In this document: positions 38,728-50,318 of the stretch, piece by piece
How positions within the stretch are numbered: position 1 is the stretch's first letter
How the letters are laid out: every line of letters begins with the position of its first letter
Assembly (NCBI RefSeq): GCF_947504215.1
Contig: NZ_CANNGO010000009.1
Coordinates: 64,264 to 128,263 of the forward strand
Direction: 5' to 3'
DNA from: an uncultured Ruegeria sp.
GTDB taxonomy: Bacteria > Pseudomonadota > Alphaproteobacteria > Rhodobacterales > Rhodobacteraceae
DNA: 64,000 nt
Translations under genes and position numbers: made by a program
The notes under the pieces: model-generated
What the model saw: the letters and a program-made list of their open reading frames with translations, nothing else
Database searches by the model: none
Told to the model about the DNA's origin: nothing

Positions 38728-39921
38728 TCAACTTTGAGCACGCAGCTTAGTACGCAGCTCCGACGGAGTTGTCGCCATTTCTCGTTTGAAGGCCTTGTAG
38801 AAAGATGATCGAGAGTTGAAGCCGACATCATAAGTGATCACCAATATCGTCTCGTCGGAATTCTGCAGTTGCTCGACGGCATCGCGAACGCGCCAACTGT
38901 TGATATAGTCAAAGAAGTTTGACCCAATCGTCGTGTTCAGTGTTTGCGAGACATAGGCGGAAGTGACGCCAATATGCTTTGCCAGATCCCAAAGCGACAG
39001 ATTTGGATCCCGGTAAACAAGATCGTTGGACATGGCACGCTCGATCTTGGAGGCGATCCTTTTTGCGCGATCTTCCGTCAACGCCGAGCGTTCATACTTT
39101 GGGCCCGAGGCTTCTTCTTTTTCAGCAATGGCTTCAAAAGTCGGCTGTTCTCGGATCAGCCCAGGTTGCTGACGCAGGCCCCACAGTGCGATGATCCAGA
39201 CAATGGCAAAACTTGCCAGACTATTTGCGTAGTCGCTTTCAAAGATCGGATGGATCGAGTTTTCGAGGGCAAAAAATGACGCGAGTGTCCCAACCACACC
39301 CAGAACAAGGTAAATTCCGACGACGAAAGCAATCCACCAGACCCACAGCAGTTCACGGTCTTCAGTTGTGGCGAAAAGATCCTTGAGGCGGTTGGTGTAT
39401 GTTCTGAGTTGATTGATAATCAGCCAAAGGTAGATCAACACCATGATTTGAAAGAAAAAGTCCAAGAACTCCAGAAACAGAATTGGAAGAAGCTGAAGCA
39501 GGTTCAGCGACTCGATATCAATGTCGGGCGTTTCAAACAGCACGTTGGGAAGAGAAAAAACTGATAAAACCGTTAGAACAGCAAGAATGAACGGCAAGTA
39601 GTGCCACCCACGCGGTCTTAATTTTTCAACGCCGTTTTCAGATGTCAAAACCTTCACGTAGCTCCAAAACAGAAACGGCTCGCAAACCGATGCTGAGGCA
39701 GCGAGGCCGATCCATAGTAATTCGCGCTTCGTTAACTGGTCGCTGCCGGTAAATTCAATCAGCAGATCGGTCGCGCCGACGATGGATTCAGCAACAAAAA
39801 ACAAGGCGAGCGGCAAAAACAGAGCTCGGTGGTTTCGGTTGAGCAGCAAGAGATTTGCGCAAAACATCGTGACCCCGAGCTGGAACAGCGTCAACGAGAT
39901 TTCAAACGAGTTTTCGGGCAA
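38728..39921 (-). CDS. Membrane-anchored AraC-family regulator
   Basis: About 7 hydrophobic helices, then AraC HTH (YRDPNLSL..NFFDYINSWRV..GFNSRSSFYKAFK). Confidence 0.88.
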   Translation of the reverse strand: MPENSFEISLTLFQLGVTMFCANLLLLNRNHRALFLPLALFFVAESIVGATDLLIEFTGSDQLTKRELLWIGLAASASVCEPFLFWSYVKVLTSENGVEKLRPRGWHYLPFILAVLTVLSVFSLPNVLFETPDIDIESLNLLQLLPILFLEFLDFFFQIMVLIYLWLIINQLRTYTNRLKDLFATTEDRELLWVWWIAFVVGIYLVLGVVGTLASFFALENSIHPIFESDYANSLASFAIVWIIALWGLRQQPGLIREQPTFEAIAEKEEASGPKYERSALTEDRAKRIASKIERAMSNDLVYRDPNLSLWDLAKHIGVTSAYVSQTLNTTIGSNFFDYINSWRVRDAVEQLQNSDETILVITYDVGFNSRSSFYKAFKREMATTPSELRTKLRAQS

Positions 39922-40051
39922 TGCGGCGTCTCCGAGTTGGGTTCTGAACTAGAGGGCTTAACAGGAAAACTCCAGCGGGAACGAGCGAAGGCTTGTTTCA
40001 GTGTCCTTTCCGTCTGGGAAAGACAGGCCCGGACGTTTTTGGCTTGAGAGT

Positions 40052-40969
40052 TCAGGTGAGCTGCAAGTGCTCTACCGCCCGAACAGACGCCTGCCGAAAC
40101 AAGTTGGCCATTGGCGAAAGCTCGCTTTCCGACCGGGCCATGATGCCAATCGGGCCTGCCGTCAGACCTGTATCTATTGGCAACGCTTTTAACTGCCCGC
40201 TCGCGATATCTCCGGCGACAACACCTGTCGAGATTACCCAAAGTGCGTCACTTGCCAATGCCAGACCACGCCCGAACGTGGCCGAGACTGACTCGATCTG
40301 TCTTGGGAAGCTGGTCATGCCATTGGCAATCATCATGCGATCGACCAGCGGGCGTATGGCGGATTCCTGTGGTGGATAAATGACCGGATAACTTGCCACC
40401 TCGGACAGGTTTGACGCGTCAGCCAGCGGATGGCCGGGGGCACATACGATAGCAACGTTTTCGATGTAGAGCTGTGTGAAAGAAACATCTTGCATCGTGT
40501 CGGGTTTGCCCAGCCGACCTATCACAAGGTCCAGCTGACCCGATTTTAGCCGATCGATCAGATACCCATGCGGGCCATCCTCGATCCGGGTAATGGTGTC
40601 GGGTGCAAGGTCCGAAAATATCGCAACGGCGCGCGGTAAAATGCGCGCGGCGACACTTGGCAATGCACCTATGGAAACTGATCCGACCTCGCCTTTGCGA
40701 ACAGCAGCCACGCTGTTCATGGCCATATCCAGGGCGTTCATGCCGCTGGTGGCGTGTCTCAGAAAGACATCACCGGCAACGGTCATGGTCACGCCGCCCC
40801 GGTTGCGTTCCAGCAGAGTGGCTCCGGCAATCTCTTCCAACTCTTTCAGGGTTTTGGAAATCGCGGGCTGAGTCAGATTCAAGGCCTCAGCCGCACGCTT
40901 CAGGCTTTTCTGTCGCGCGATTTCGACAAAGGCTTCGACATGTCGAACTTTTAGTCTGCGATCAATCAT
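40052..40969 (-). CDS. pcaQ: LysR regulator of the pca operon
   Basis: MIDRRLKVRH N-terminus, LysR HTH, divergent from pobA-pca. Confidence 0.9.
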   Translation of the reverse strand: MIDRRLKVRHVEAFVEIARQKSLKRAAEALNLTQPAISKTLKELEEIAGATLLERNRGGVTMTVAGDVFLRHATSGMNALDMAMNSVAAVRKGEVGSVSIGALPSVAARILPRAVAIFSDLAPDTITRIEDGPHGYLIDRLKSGQLDLVIGRLGKPDTMQDVSFTQLYIENVAIVCAPGHPLADASNLSEVASYPVIYPPQESAIRPLVDRMMIANGMTSFPRQIESVSATFGRGLALASDALWVISTGVVAGDIASGQLKALPIDTGLTAGPIGIMARSESELSPMANLFRQASVRAVEHLQLT

Positions 40970-41065
40970 TACTTTCCATTTTCGGAAACTAACCAACGAA
41001 AAACATCATTTTACATAACGGAATTGACAATGCAATCATGCGGCGCAACACTGAAGGAGGATCAG

Positions 41066-42258
41066 ATGCGAACACAAGTCGTCGTGATCGGCGGTGGGCC
41101 GTCAGGTTTGCTTTTGTCGCAGCTGCTTCACGTCCATGGAATTGACAGCGTCGTTCTAGAGAGAAAAACCAAAGACTATGTTCTTAGCCGCATTCGCGCC
41201 GGTGTTCTGGAACAGGGTTTTGTGAACCTGATGGAGCAGGCAGGGGTCGCGAACCGTCTGCGCTCGGAAGGGTTCAAACATGACGGGACGCTGATCGCGT
41301 TCGAAGACGAGAGTTTTCGCATCGATTTTCGCGAACACACCGGTACGCCGGTCTTGGTTTATGGCCAGACAGAAGTCACCCGTGATCTGTACGAGGCCCG
41401 AGAGGCTACAGGTGGTAAGATCATCTTCAACACGGATGACGTCGCAATCCATGACGCGGATACTGATACACCCTGTGTGACCTTTACCGTGGACGGGCAG
41501 CAACAGCGCATCGATACCGATTTTGTGGCCGGTTGCGATGGGTTTCATGGGATCAGCCGTCAAACCATTCCCCTGAGCGTGAGGCGAGAATACGAAAAAG
41601 TGTACCCTTTTGGCTGGCTCGGGCTGCTGTCTGAGACGCCTCCGGTTCATGAGGAACTGATCTATTCGTTGTCGCGACGTGGGTTTGCTCTGTGTTCAAT
41701 GCGCAATGAGAACCTTAGCCGTTACTATATCCAGTGTTCGCTGTCGGATAATCCTGACGACTGGACCGACAGTGCATTTTGGAATGAATTGAAGCGCAGA
41801 ATTCCACAGGAGTTTGCAGATCGCATCGTAACCGGGCCATCTATCGAAAAATCGATCGCGCCGCTTCGGTCATTTGTGACCGAACCGATGCATTGGGGGA
41901 GGCTCTTTTTGTGTGGTGATGCTGCGCATATTGTCCCACCGACCGGGGCCAAGGGGCTGAATACGGCCGCCTCTGATGTGCATTACCTTCACAACGCATT
42001 GCGCGAATTTTACGAAACGGGATCAAGTGAAGGGATCGATAGCTATTCACAAAACGCTCTCGCCCGAATCTGGAAAGCCGAACGGTTTAGTTGGTGGTTT
42101 TCGTCTTTGCTGCATCGGTTTCCGGATCAGTCCGACTTTGACCTAAAGATGCAACGCGCCGAGATCGACTTTTTGCGCACGAACAAGGCTGCACAAAAAG
42201 CGATGGCTGAAAACTATGTAGGATTGCCGTATTGCTGGGTGGAACCAAGGAGATACCG

Positions 42259-42262
<4 letters not shown>
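41066..42262 (+). CDS. pobA: 4-hydroxybenzoate 3-monooxygenase
   Basis: GGGPSG, RIRAGVLE, GDAAHIVPPTGAKGLN, ENYVGLPY. Confidence 0.97.
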
Positions 42263-43364
<1,102 letters not shown>

Positions 43365-43366
43365 TC

Positions 43367-43966
43367 ATGGTTCAAAAACTCGACTACCGGAAAGAAACCC
43401 CATCCCAGACCGCCGGACCTTATGTGCATATTGGTCTCGCACCGGGGGATGCTGGGTTCGACATCTACCGACAGGAGCTTGGCCGGGATATTGCAGGTCC
43501 AAGGGCGCAAGGTGAGCGGATCGAAATTCAGGGTCAGGTATCGGATGGGGCAGGCGCACCTATAAAAGACGTTTTGATCGAAGCTTGGCAAGCGAATGCA
43601 GCAGGCATTTATCCGGGCTGTGGCGATGTCGAACCCGGATTTCGCGGTTGGGGTCGGGTCATTCCTGACTTCGAAACGGGTGAATGGTCGATTTCAACCG
43701 TGAAACCCGGACGTGTGAAAGGTCGCGGGCCAGGTCTAATGGCGCCTCACATCAGTTTTTGGATGGTTGCGCGCGGGATCAATGTCGGCTTGAACACGCG
43801 CCTGTATTTTTCTGATGAAGCCGAGGCCAACAAAGCAGACCCGATCTTGAACCTGATCGAGCAGGCGGACAGGCGAGACACTCTTGTCGCGCGTCGGGAT
43901 GGGGACGTGTACCGCTTTGACATTCGGTTACAGGGCGACAAAGAAACGGTGTTCTTCGATGTCTGA
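43367..43966 (+). CDS. pcaG: Protocatechuate 3,4-dioxygenase alpha subunit
   Basis: ETPSQTAGPYVHIGL, ARGINVGLNTRLYF. Confidence 0.96.
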   Translation: MVQKLDYRKETPSQTAGPYVHIGLAPGDAGFDIYRQELGRDIAGPRAQGERIEIQGQVSDGAGAPIKDVLIEAWQANAAGIYPGCGDVEPGFRGWGRVIPDFETGEWSISTVKPGRVKGRGPGLMAPHISFWMVARGINVGLNTRLYFSDEAEANKADPILNLIEQADRRDTLVARRDGDVYRFDIRLQGDKETVFFDV

Positions 43967-44807
43967 GGAAACAATGACTACACCCTGCATCATTTGCGTG
44001 GCCATCACCGGGTCTGTCCCGACCAAAGTCGACAATCCAGCTGTTCCGATCAGTGTCTCTGAACAGGTAGAAAGCACGCACGAGGCATTTGAGGCCGGAG
44101 CGACGATTGCCCACTGCCATGTGCGCGACGACGACGGGAAACCAACTTCGGATCCGACACGATTTGCCAATCTGAAACAAGGCATTGAAACCCATTGCCC
44201 TGGCATGATCGTTCAATTGTCGACCGGAGGGCGTTCCGGCGCTGGCTTGGCGCGCGGCGGCATGTTGCCTTTGGCACCGGATATGGCGTCTTTGTCGGTG
44301 GGGTCGAACAATTTTCCGACCCGCGTCTATGAAAACCCCCCCGAGTTGATCGATTGGCTGGCCAGCGAGATGGTTAAATACGATGTGAAACCCGAGATCG
44401 AGGCCTTCGATCTGTCCCATATCTTCCGGGCAGTTGACATGTATCGCAATGGGCAGATTAAGGATACTCCATACGTTCAGTTCGTTATGGGTGTGAAGAA
44501 TGCGATGCCGGTTGATCGCGAGGTTTTTGATTTCTACGTGCATACGGTTCAAAGACTGCTGGGGGATGTGCCTTGGTGCGCGGCAGGGATTGGCGCAAAC
44601 CAGATCGTTTTGAACGAATGGTCGGTTACAGCAGGGGGGCATGTCCGGACAGGTCTTGAGGACAATGTGCGTCTGGATCACGATACGCTGGCCCCATCCA
44701 ATGCAGCTCTGGTCAAGCGCGCCGTCGAGGTTTGCAACAGGCATAGCCGTCCGGTGGCCACCGTCGCCGATGCGCGCTCGATCCTCGGGCTGCGGAAAGC
44801 CGCCTGA
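43959..44807 (+). CDS. Beta-keto acid cleavage enzyme (DUF849/Kce family)
   Basis: CVAITGS, HCHVRD zinc motif, RTGLEDN. Confidence 0.9.
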   Translation: MSEETMTTPCIICVAITGSVPTKVDNPAVPISVSEQVESTHEAFEAGATIAHCHVRDDDGKPTSDPTRFANLKQGIETHCPGMIVQLSTGGRSGAGLARGGMLPLAPDMASLSVGSNNFPTRVYENPPELIDWLASEMVKYDVKPEIEAFDLSHIFRAVDMYRNGQIKDTPYVQFVMGVKNAMPVDREVFDFYVHTVQRLLGDVPWCAAGIGANQIVLNEWSVTAGGHVRTGLEDNVRLDHDTLAPSNAALVKRAVEVCNRHSRPVATVADARSILGLRKAA

Positions 44808-45592
44808 TGCAACGCTTTGCCAGCATCAATGAGACCCTCATTCACTACGAGGTTAAGTCCGGCAGCACTGGCAAAACACCTGTCGTGTTCCTGAATTCAC
44901 TGGGGACGGATCTGCGGATTTGGCAAGAGGTCGCCGATGCGCTTGACGCTACGACTTGTTTGTTGATTGACAAACGCGGGCACGGTCTATCGGATTGTGG
45001 TGCGACATCTATCGCCATGCTTGCCGACGATGTTTCGGGCCTGATGGACCATTTGGGATGGCAAAGGTCGATCATCTGTGGGGTATCGGTCGGAGGTATG
45101 ATTGCGCAATCGCTGGCTCATCGGCGACCCGACCTCGTGGCGGGTCTGGTTCTTTGCAATACAGGGTCTAAAATTGGGAACGCGCAGGCTTGGAACCAAC
45201 GGATCGACATGGTGTCTGACACTGGGATTGAGGCCATAGCGGAAACCGTGATTGAGCGCTGGTTTTCGAACAACTTCCGTACCAAAATGCCGATCACGGT
45301 TGCCGGGTACCGCAATATGCTGACGCGGACACCTGCCCAAGGTTACGCGGCCACATGCGCGGCCATTCGCGATACAGATTTAACCGACACAACGAAACAC
45401 ATTCGGGTACCTGCCATATGTATTGGAGGTACGGACGATTTGTCGACGCCGCCTGCATGCATACGTGCGCTGTCAGCCCTCATTGAACAATCGCAGTGCC
45501 ACGTTCTGCCTGGCGTGGGGCACCTCCCGTGCATTGAAGCTCCGGAGTTTGTTGCTTCGCAAATCCGGTCCTTGCAGGATGCGCTGTCATGA
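44807..45592 (+). CDS. pcaD: 3-oxoadipate enol-lactonase
   Basis: NSLGTDLRIW, GVSVGG nucleophile, GHLPCIE. Confidence 0.92.
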   Translation: MQRFASINETLIHYEVKSGSTGKTPVVFLNSLGTDLRIWQEVADALDATTCLLIDKRGHGLSDCGATSIAMLADDVSGLMDHLGWQRSIICGVSVGGMIAQSLAHRRPDLVAGLVLCNTGSKIGNAQAWNQRIDMVSDTGIEAIAETVIERWFSNNFRTKMPITVAGYRNMLTRTPAQGYAATCAAIRDTDLTDTTKHIRVPAICIGGTDDLSTPPACIRALSALIEQSQCHVLPGVGHLPCIEAPEFVASQIRSLQDALS

Positions 45593-46650
45593 GCGACGTA
45601 TTCGAGCATCCCTGGTTATCCGGTTTGTTTGGCGACTGTGACGCCGACGCGATCTGGTCGGCACCGCAATCACTGGCCCATATGCTGACATTCGAGGCGG
45701 CCTATTCCCGCGGGTTGGGGGCCATTGGCATCGTGTCATTGCGAGATGCACAAATGGCGGCACAGCGCATAGAATCCGCAAACCCCGATCTTGAGATTTT
45801 GCGGTCGGGAACAGTGCAGGACGGGTTACCTGTGCCCGCGCTGGTTCGGTTTCTAAAGTTGGAAGCGGGGCAATTCAAAAATGCGATCCACACCGGAGCG
45901 ACCTCACAGGATGTGATGGACACTGCGCTGGCGCTCACGTTACGCGAAAACTCGGATTTGTTGGCGGATCGCTTGTCCGAAGTGGTCGATATGTTGGGCC
46001 AGGTCTCAAAAAGATTTGGGTCAAACATGATCATGGGGCGCACACGAATGCAGGCGGCCCTGCCGGTCACGGTTGGGCACCGGCTTGAGACATGGAGCGC
46101 ACCCTTGGCAGAACATCTGCGCCGGCTGGAGCAGATGCGTCCGCGTGCCGAATGTGTCCAGCTTGGCGGTGCCGTCGGCGATGGTCAGGCCATCGGCATA
46201 AAGTATCGCGAATTGGCCGAGTTTCTGGCCAGTGCACTAGAGCTGCATCTGCCGAACCGAAGCTGGCACGCCACCCGCGAGGGCATCACCGAATATGCCA
46301 GCTTTCTGTCTCTGATCTCGGGCTCATTGGGCAAAATGGGCCAGGACATCTGCTTGATGGCGCAGCAGGGCGTGGATGAGATCAAGCTGTCTGGCGGTGG
46401 CGGATCATCGGCAATGCCTCACAAGAAAAACCCTGTTTTGGCCGAGCTGCTGATCACGCTTGCCCGCTTTAACGCGACACGCGTTTCCGGGATGCATCAG
46501 GCGCTTGTGCATGAACAGGAAAGGTCGGGCAGCGCCTGGTCACTAGAGTGGATGATTTTGCCAAGCATGGCAAAGGCAACGGCAAGATCACTGTCGGCGG
46601 CCATCACCCTGTGCACCCAAATTGAATCAATAGGTGAGGCGCGGACATGA
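45589..46650 (+). CDS. pcaB: 3-carboxy-cis,cis-muconate cycloisomerase (short alphaproteobacterial form)
   Basis: GATSQD, GRTRMQ, SSAMPHKKNP fumarase-superfamily signature. Confidence 0.93.
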   Translation: MSDVFEHPWLSGLFGDCDADAIWSAPQSLAHMLTFEAAYSRGLGAIGIVSLRDAQMAAQRIESANPDLEILRSGTVQDGLPVPALVRFLKLEAGQFKNAIHTGATSQDVMDTALALTLRENSDLLADRLSEVVDMLGQVSKRFGSNMIMGRTRMQAALPVTVGHRLETWSAPLAEHLRRLEQMRPRAECVQLGGAVGDGQAIGIKYRELAEFLASALELHLPNRSWHATREGITEYASFLSLISGSLGKMGQDICLMAQQGVDEIKLSGGGGSSAMPHKKNPVLAELLITLARFNATRVSGMHQALVHEQERSGSAWSLEWMILPSMAKATARSLSAAITLCTQIESIGEART

Positions 46651-46724
46651 TCAGGCCGCTCTCACTGTCCAAAAACGCTGAAACCCAAACAGTTTCGGTG
46701 CGATACATCGGAGGAGGAAAATCT

Positions 46725-47759
46725 ATGTCTATCAGGAAATCCCTGCTGGGTTCGCTGGCCGCCATGGCCCTTTCGGCAACGGCCGGTCTGGCTCAGGACG
46801 TGACGCTCACAATGCATCATTTTCTGCCACCCGTTGCAGCCGCTCATAAAGGCATGTTGCAGCCATGGGCGGACAAGGTCACTGCAGATAGTGATGGTCG
46901 CATTGCGATCGAAATCTTCCCCGCCATGTCAATGGGAGGGAAGCCGCCCGAGCTATACAGCCAGGTTCGCGATGGCTCGGCAGATATTGTCTGGACGGTA
47001 TTGGGCTACACACCCGGGGTATTCCCGCGCAGCGAAGTGTTCGAACTGCCGTTGGTTCATGCGGGTTCTGCCACCGACACAACCATCGCTATGAACGCCT
47101 CTATGGATCTGCTGGCCGAGGACTTCGATGATGTCCATGTCATCTTCCTGCATAGCCATGATGGCAACGTGATCCACTCTGCGACAGATCCAATTCGCAG
47201 CTTTGAAGATGCGAAAGGCATGAAGCTCAGGACGCCCAGCCGTACCGGTGCCTGGATCATCGAAGGAATGGGGGCCGAGCCTGTTGGTATGCCGGTCCCG
47301 GCCTTGCCCGAGGCCATGTCAAAAGGGGTTGTTGATGGCGCTTTGATCCCGCTCGAGATTGTTCCGCCACTGAAGCTGCAGGAACTGGATAAATCCGTCA
47401 CCGAATTGCCTAATGGTGATCGCTTTGGAACGGCCGTCTTCATGGTGGCTATGAACCAGGATGCGTATGACGCATTGCCCGACGACCTGAAGGCCGTGAT
47501 TGATGCCAATTCGGGTGCGAATGTCGCCGCGAATGTTGGTGCGATGTGGGAAGGCTTTGAAGCGGGCGGTGAAAAGGCGCTTGAGGCGGCTGGCGTCGAG
47601 CGTATCGTCCTGTCTGAAGAAGAAACGGCCAAGTTCAACGCCGCGAATGAGAAAATTGTTCAACGTTGGATTGATGAGGTCAATGACAAAGGTATTGATG
47701 GGGTTGCCCTTGTTGAAAGCGCCAGGGCGGCTATTGCGGCAGCCAACGCTGGCAACTGA
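46725..47759 (+). CDS. dctP: TRAP transporter substrate-binding protein (DctP family)
   Basis: GGAGGAGG RBS, signal peptide, LRTPS conserved Arg, GVVDG. Confidence 0.92.
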   Translation: MSIRKSLLGSLAAMALSATAGLAQDVTLTMHHFLPPVAAAHKGMLQPWADKVTADSDGRIAIEIFPAMSMGGKPPELYSQVRDGSADIVWTVLGYTPGVFPRSEVFELPLVHAGSATDTTIAMNASMDLLAEDFDDVHVIFLHSHDGNVIHSATDPIRSFEDAKGMKLRTPSRTGAWIIEGMGAEPVGMPVPALPEAMSKGVVDGALIPLEIVPPLKLQELDKSVTELPNGDRFGTAVFMVAMNQDAYDALPDDLKAVIDANSGANVAANVGAMWEGFEAGGEKALEAAGVERIVLSEEETAKFNAANEKIVQRWIDEVNDKGIDGVALVESARAAIAAANAGN

Positions 47760-47769
47760 TCGGCTTTAG

Positions 47770-47793
47770 GAGAGGGGTACCTTTGCCCCTCTC
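47770..47793 (+). other. Intercistronic hairpin between dctP and dctQ
   Basis: GAGAGGGG / CCCCTCTC inverted repeat. Confidence 0.55.
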
Positions 47794-47813
47794 AACTTCT
47801 TAGGGAAACAACG

Positions 47814-48311
47814 ATGAGCATGGTTCTCAGGCGCCTCGCTGATGGTTTTGCATTGCTTGGCGGTCTCATTCTTCTGGCAATCGTTGCGGTTACCACGACG
47901 AATACCTTTGCCTTTATCCTCGACCGTGTGGCCGGGATATTCGGGGCGGATGTGGCCGGTTTGCCCGGCTACGAGGATTTCGTTCAACTTGCAATCAGCT
48001 GTGCTGCGTTGATGTTTTTTCCTTATTGTCAGGCCAATCGTGGCCATGTGTCGGTCGAGCTGCTGATGGATCGCATGCCGCGTGCATTGCAGCGGGCAAT
48101 TGATTTTCTTTGGTTGGCTGTGACAGTCGCAGTCGCGCTGTTTCTGGCCTATTGGATGGTCTTTGGCATGTTAGAGGTGCGCTTGGATCAGGTTGTCACC
48201 AGCGTCCTTGGCTGGCCAACCTGGCCCTTCTACATCCCTGGCCTATTGTCCATGATCCTCTGGGCCTTGATTGCCGCCTCTCAGGCGTTTGGGGATGTGG
48301 CTGATGCTTGA
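47814..48311 (+). CDS. dctQ: TRAP small permease
   Basis: Four TM helices, GHVSVELL motif. Confidence 0.9.
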   Translation: MSMVLRRLADGFALLGGLILLAIVAVTTTNTFAFILDRVAGIFGADVAGLPGYEDFVQLAISCAALMFFPYCQANRGHVSVELLMDRMPRALQRAIDFLWLAVTVAVALFLAYWMVFGMLEVRLDQVVTSVLGWPTWPFYIPGLLSMILWALIAASQAFGDVADA

Positions 48312-49695
48312 TCCTATGACCATTGGCGTGATCGGTCTGGCTGTATTGTTTGTTTTGCTGTTGCTGCGTATGCCCGTTGGCATCGCTATGATCGTGGTCG
48401 GGATAGGTGGCACATGGGTGCTGAGCCACTCTGTCAACTATATCCGGTTCGTTCCCTATCTGAAGCAGTTCAAAAGTCTTCTTTGGGAGAATGTAGCCAA
48501 CTACGATCTGTCCGTTGTGCCTTTGTTTGTCCTGATGGGATACGTCGCCGCCGAGGCGAGGTTGTCCACTGACCTGTTCAAGGGGTTAGAGGCCCTGATG
48601 TCCCGGTTGCGGGGCGGTGTCGCAATGGCGGCGGTCGCAGCCTGCGGTGGGTTTGGGGCCGTTTGCGGATCGTCTCTGGCAACTGCGGCCACCATGGGAC
48701 GGGTTTCCCTGCCAGAGCTCAAGAAGCTTGGATATGCACCCAGTCTGGCATCAGGGTCTTTGGCCGCCGGCGGAACGTTGGGGATTTTGATCCCACCATC
48801 CGTTGCTCTGGTGATCTACGCGATCATCGTCGAAGGATCGATCCTGAGGATGTTTCAGGCGGCAATCGTGCCGGGACTTCTGGCTGTCTTGGGCTTTATT
48901 GCTGTGATTGCGATTCAGGTGCGGCTTAACCCGTCCTTGGCACCGGAGCCCACTCAGATGGATCCGGATGAAAAGAGACAGGCCGTCCGCAGGCTATGGC
49001 CCGTCATCCTGATTTTCGGTGCCATCATATTGGGGCTGGGGTTTGGCTTGTTTACACCAACGCCAGCAGCCAGCATCGGCGTGTTTGCGATCACGGCATA
49101 TGGCTTCTTGCTGCGCGCGCTGACTGGTGAAGGATTGACGGTCTCAGGCGTTCTGAAGGCCATCCGGGCGACTGCGATCACCAGCGGGATGATTTACCTG
49201 ATTCTGTTCGGTGCCGAAGTCTTGAAGGGTTTTTTCGCGCGCACCCAGCTGCCCCAGGCCCTGTCCGAGTGGGCGGCGACAAGCGGCATGGATCCAATGT
49301 TGATCCTCGTAATCATGCTTTGCATTTTTGTTGTGTTGGGCTGCTTTATGGAAAGTCTGGCGATGATCCTTGTCGTTGTTCCGTTCTTTTGGCCCACACT
49401 GATTGCGTTGAATGGAGGTGACTATGTCACTGCAGAAACAGCGGCTTTTGGCATGGACCCGGACAGTCTGAAAATCTGGTTCGGGATTTTAGCCCTCATC
49501 GTCGTGGAACTGGGGCTTATTACGCCTCCGGTCGGGCTGAATGTGTTCATAATCTCTTCGCTTGCGCGCGATACGCCGATGGGAACAGTTTTCAGAGGCG
49601 TCATTCCGTTTTTGGGTGCAGAAGCCGTACGCGTAGGGCTGATACTGATGATACCAGCCCTGACGCTTGCGGTTCCAAAGCTGATCGGCGGCTGA
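48304..49695 (+). CDS. dctM: TRAP large permease
   Basis: GSSLATAATM, GILIPPS, TPPVGLNVF. Confidence 0.94.
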   Translation: MLDPMTIGVIGLAVLFVLLLLRMPVGIAMIVVGIGGTWVLSHSVNYIRFVPYLKQFKSLLWENVANYDLSVVPLFVLMGYVAAEARLSTDLFKGLEALMSRLRGGVAMAAVAACGGFGAVCGSSLATAATMGRVSLPELKKLGYAPSLASGSLAAGGTLGILIPPSVALVIYAIIVEGSILRMFQAAIVPGLLAVLGFIAVIAIQVRLNPSLAPEPTQMDPDEKRQAVRRLWPVILIFGAIILGLGFGLFTPTPAASIGVFAITAYGFLLRALTGEGLTVSGVLKAIRATAITSGMIYLILFGAEVLKGFFARTQLPQALSEWAATSGMDPMLILVIMLCIFVVLGCFMESLAMILVVVPFFWPTLIALNGGDYVTAETAAFGMDPDSLKIWFGILALIVVELGLITPPVGLNVFIISSLARDTPMGTVFRGVIPFLGAEAVRVGLILMIPALTLAVPKLIGG

Positions 49696-49711
49696 CGGAA
49701 CCTTAACGGCC

Positions 49712-49933
49712 TTAGGTTTGCGCGGCGCGAATGTGGCTTACCTGACGGCCCTCCATGCCCCAGTTGTCCAATGGCACCTCATCAATCACCACAAACGTGG
49801 TGGCCGGGTTCTTGTTCAGAACCTTTTGCAAAAGGTCGGTGACCCCTGTGATAAGCTGCTGCTTTTCCTCGGATGTTGGACCAGTTCCATCCGGCCCGCC
49901 TTCTTTGGTTACTTTGATGTTCACATAAGGCAT
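49712..49933 (-). CDS. 4-oxalocrotonate tautomerase-family protein
   Basis: Catalytic Pro2 (MPYVNIK), VVIDEVPLDNWG, 73 aa. Confidence 0.88.
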   Translation of the reverse strand: MPYVNIKVTKEGGPDGTGPTSEEKQQLITGVTDLLQKVLNKNPATTFVVIDEVPLDNWGMEGRQVSHIRAAQT

Positions 49934-49937
49934 GACG

Positions 49938-50318
49938 TCAGTCCTTTCGTTCGACGAATGAGAAGACTTTGGTCAGGATGCGCCATCCCTCATCCGTGTT
50001 GATCACTGTCAGCAGATCCTGATAGTTGCGGCCGATCATCGTCATGCGCGCCTCGACGATGCCAATCCGATCTCCTTTAAGCGCAATGCGTTCGATTACA
50101 TCGTCACGTGGGTCGCCACGTGACGATGGCGGTGTGCGTGCGTCAATGCGTGCCATATAGTCGTCCAACCCCATGACCTCGTAGGTGCCAGAGGTCCCGT
50201 TCACATAGGAAAGATCCGCGTGAAACACCGTGCGAAGAGTTTGGCTGTCCGAGTGATAAAGGCCCCCAAAGTACCGTCTCATCAGGTCTTCTATCTCGGT
50301 TTGATCCGGCCGCGTCAT
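49938..50318 (-). CDS. NTF2/SnoaL-like (putative lumazine-binding family) protein
   Basis: YFGGLYHSD..LRTVFH, YQDLL..GWRILTKVF. Confidence 0.75.
   Translation of the reverse strand: MTRPDQTEIEDLMRRYFGGLYHSDSQTLRTVFHADLSYVNGTSGTYEVMGLDDYMARIDARTPPSSRGDPRDDVIERIALKGDRIGIVEARMTMIGRNYQDLLTVINTDEGWRILTKVFSFVERKD

Noticed and set aside
38430-38831. N-terminal 134-aa extension of the MipA ORF; similar over-long starts at 876, 5947, 20514, 42576, 50943 and 51949
   Set aside because: ORF-caller extensions; downstream starts have an RBS, signal peptides or stop-start overlaps.
40970-41065. PcaQ operator in the pcaQ-pobA spacer
   Set aside because: Only a partial ATAAC half-site (TTTTACATAAC) is visible; no full dyad could be assigned with confidence.
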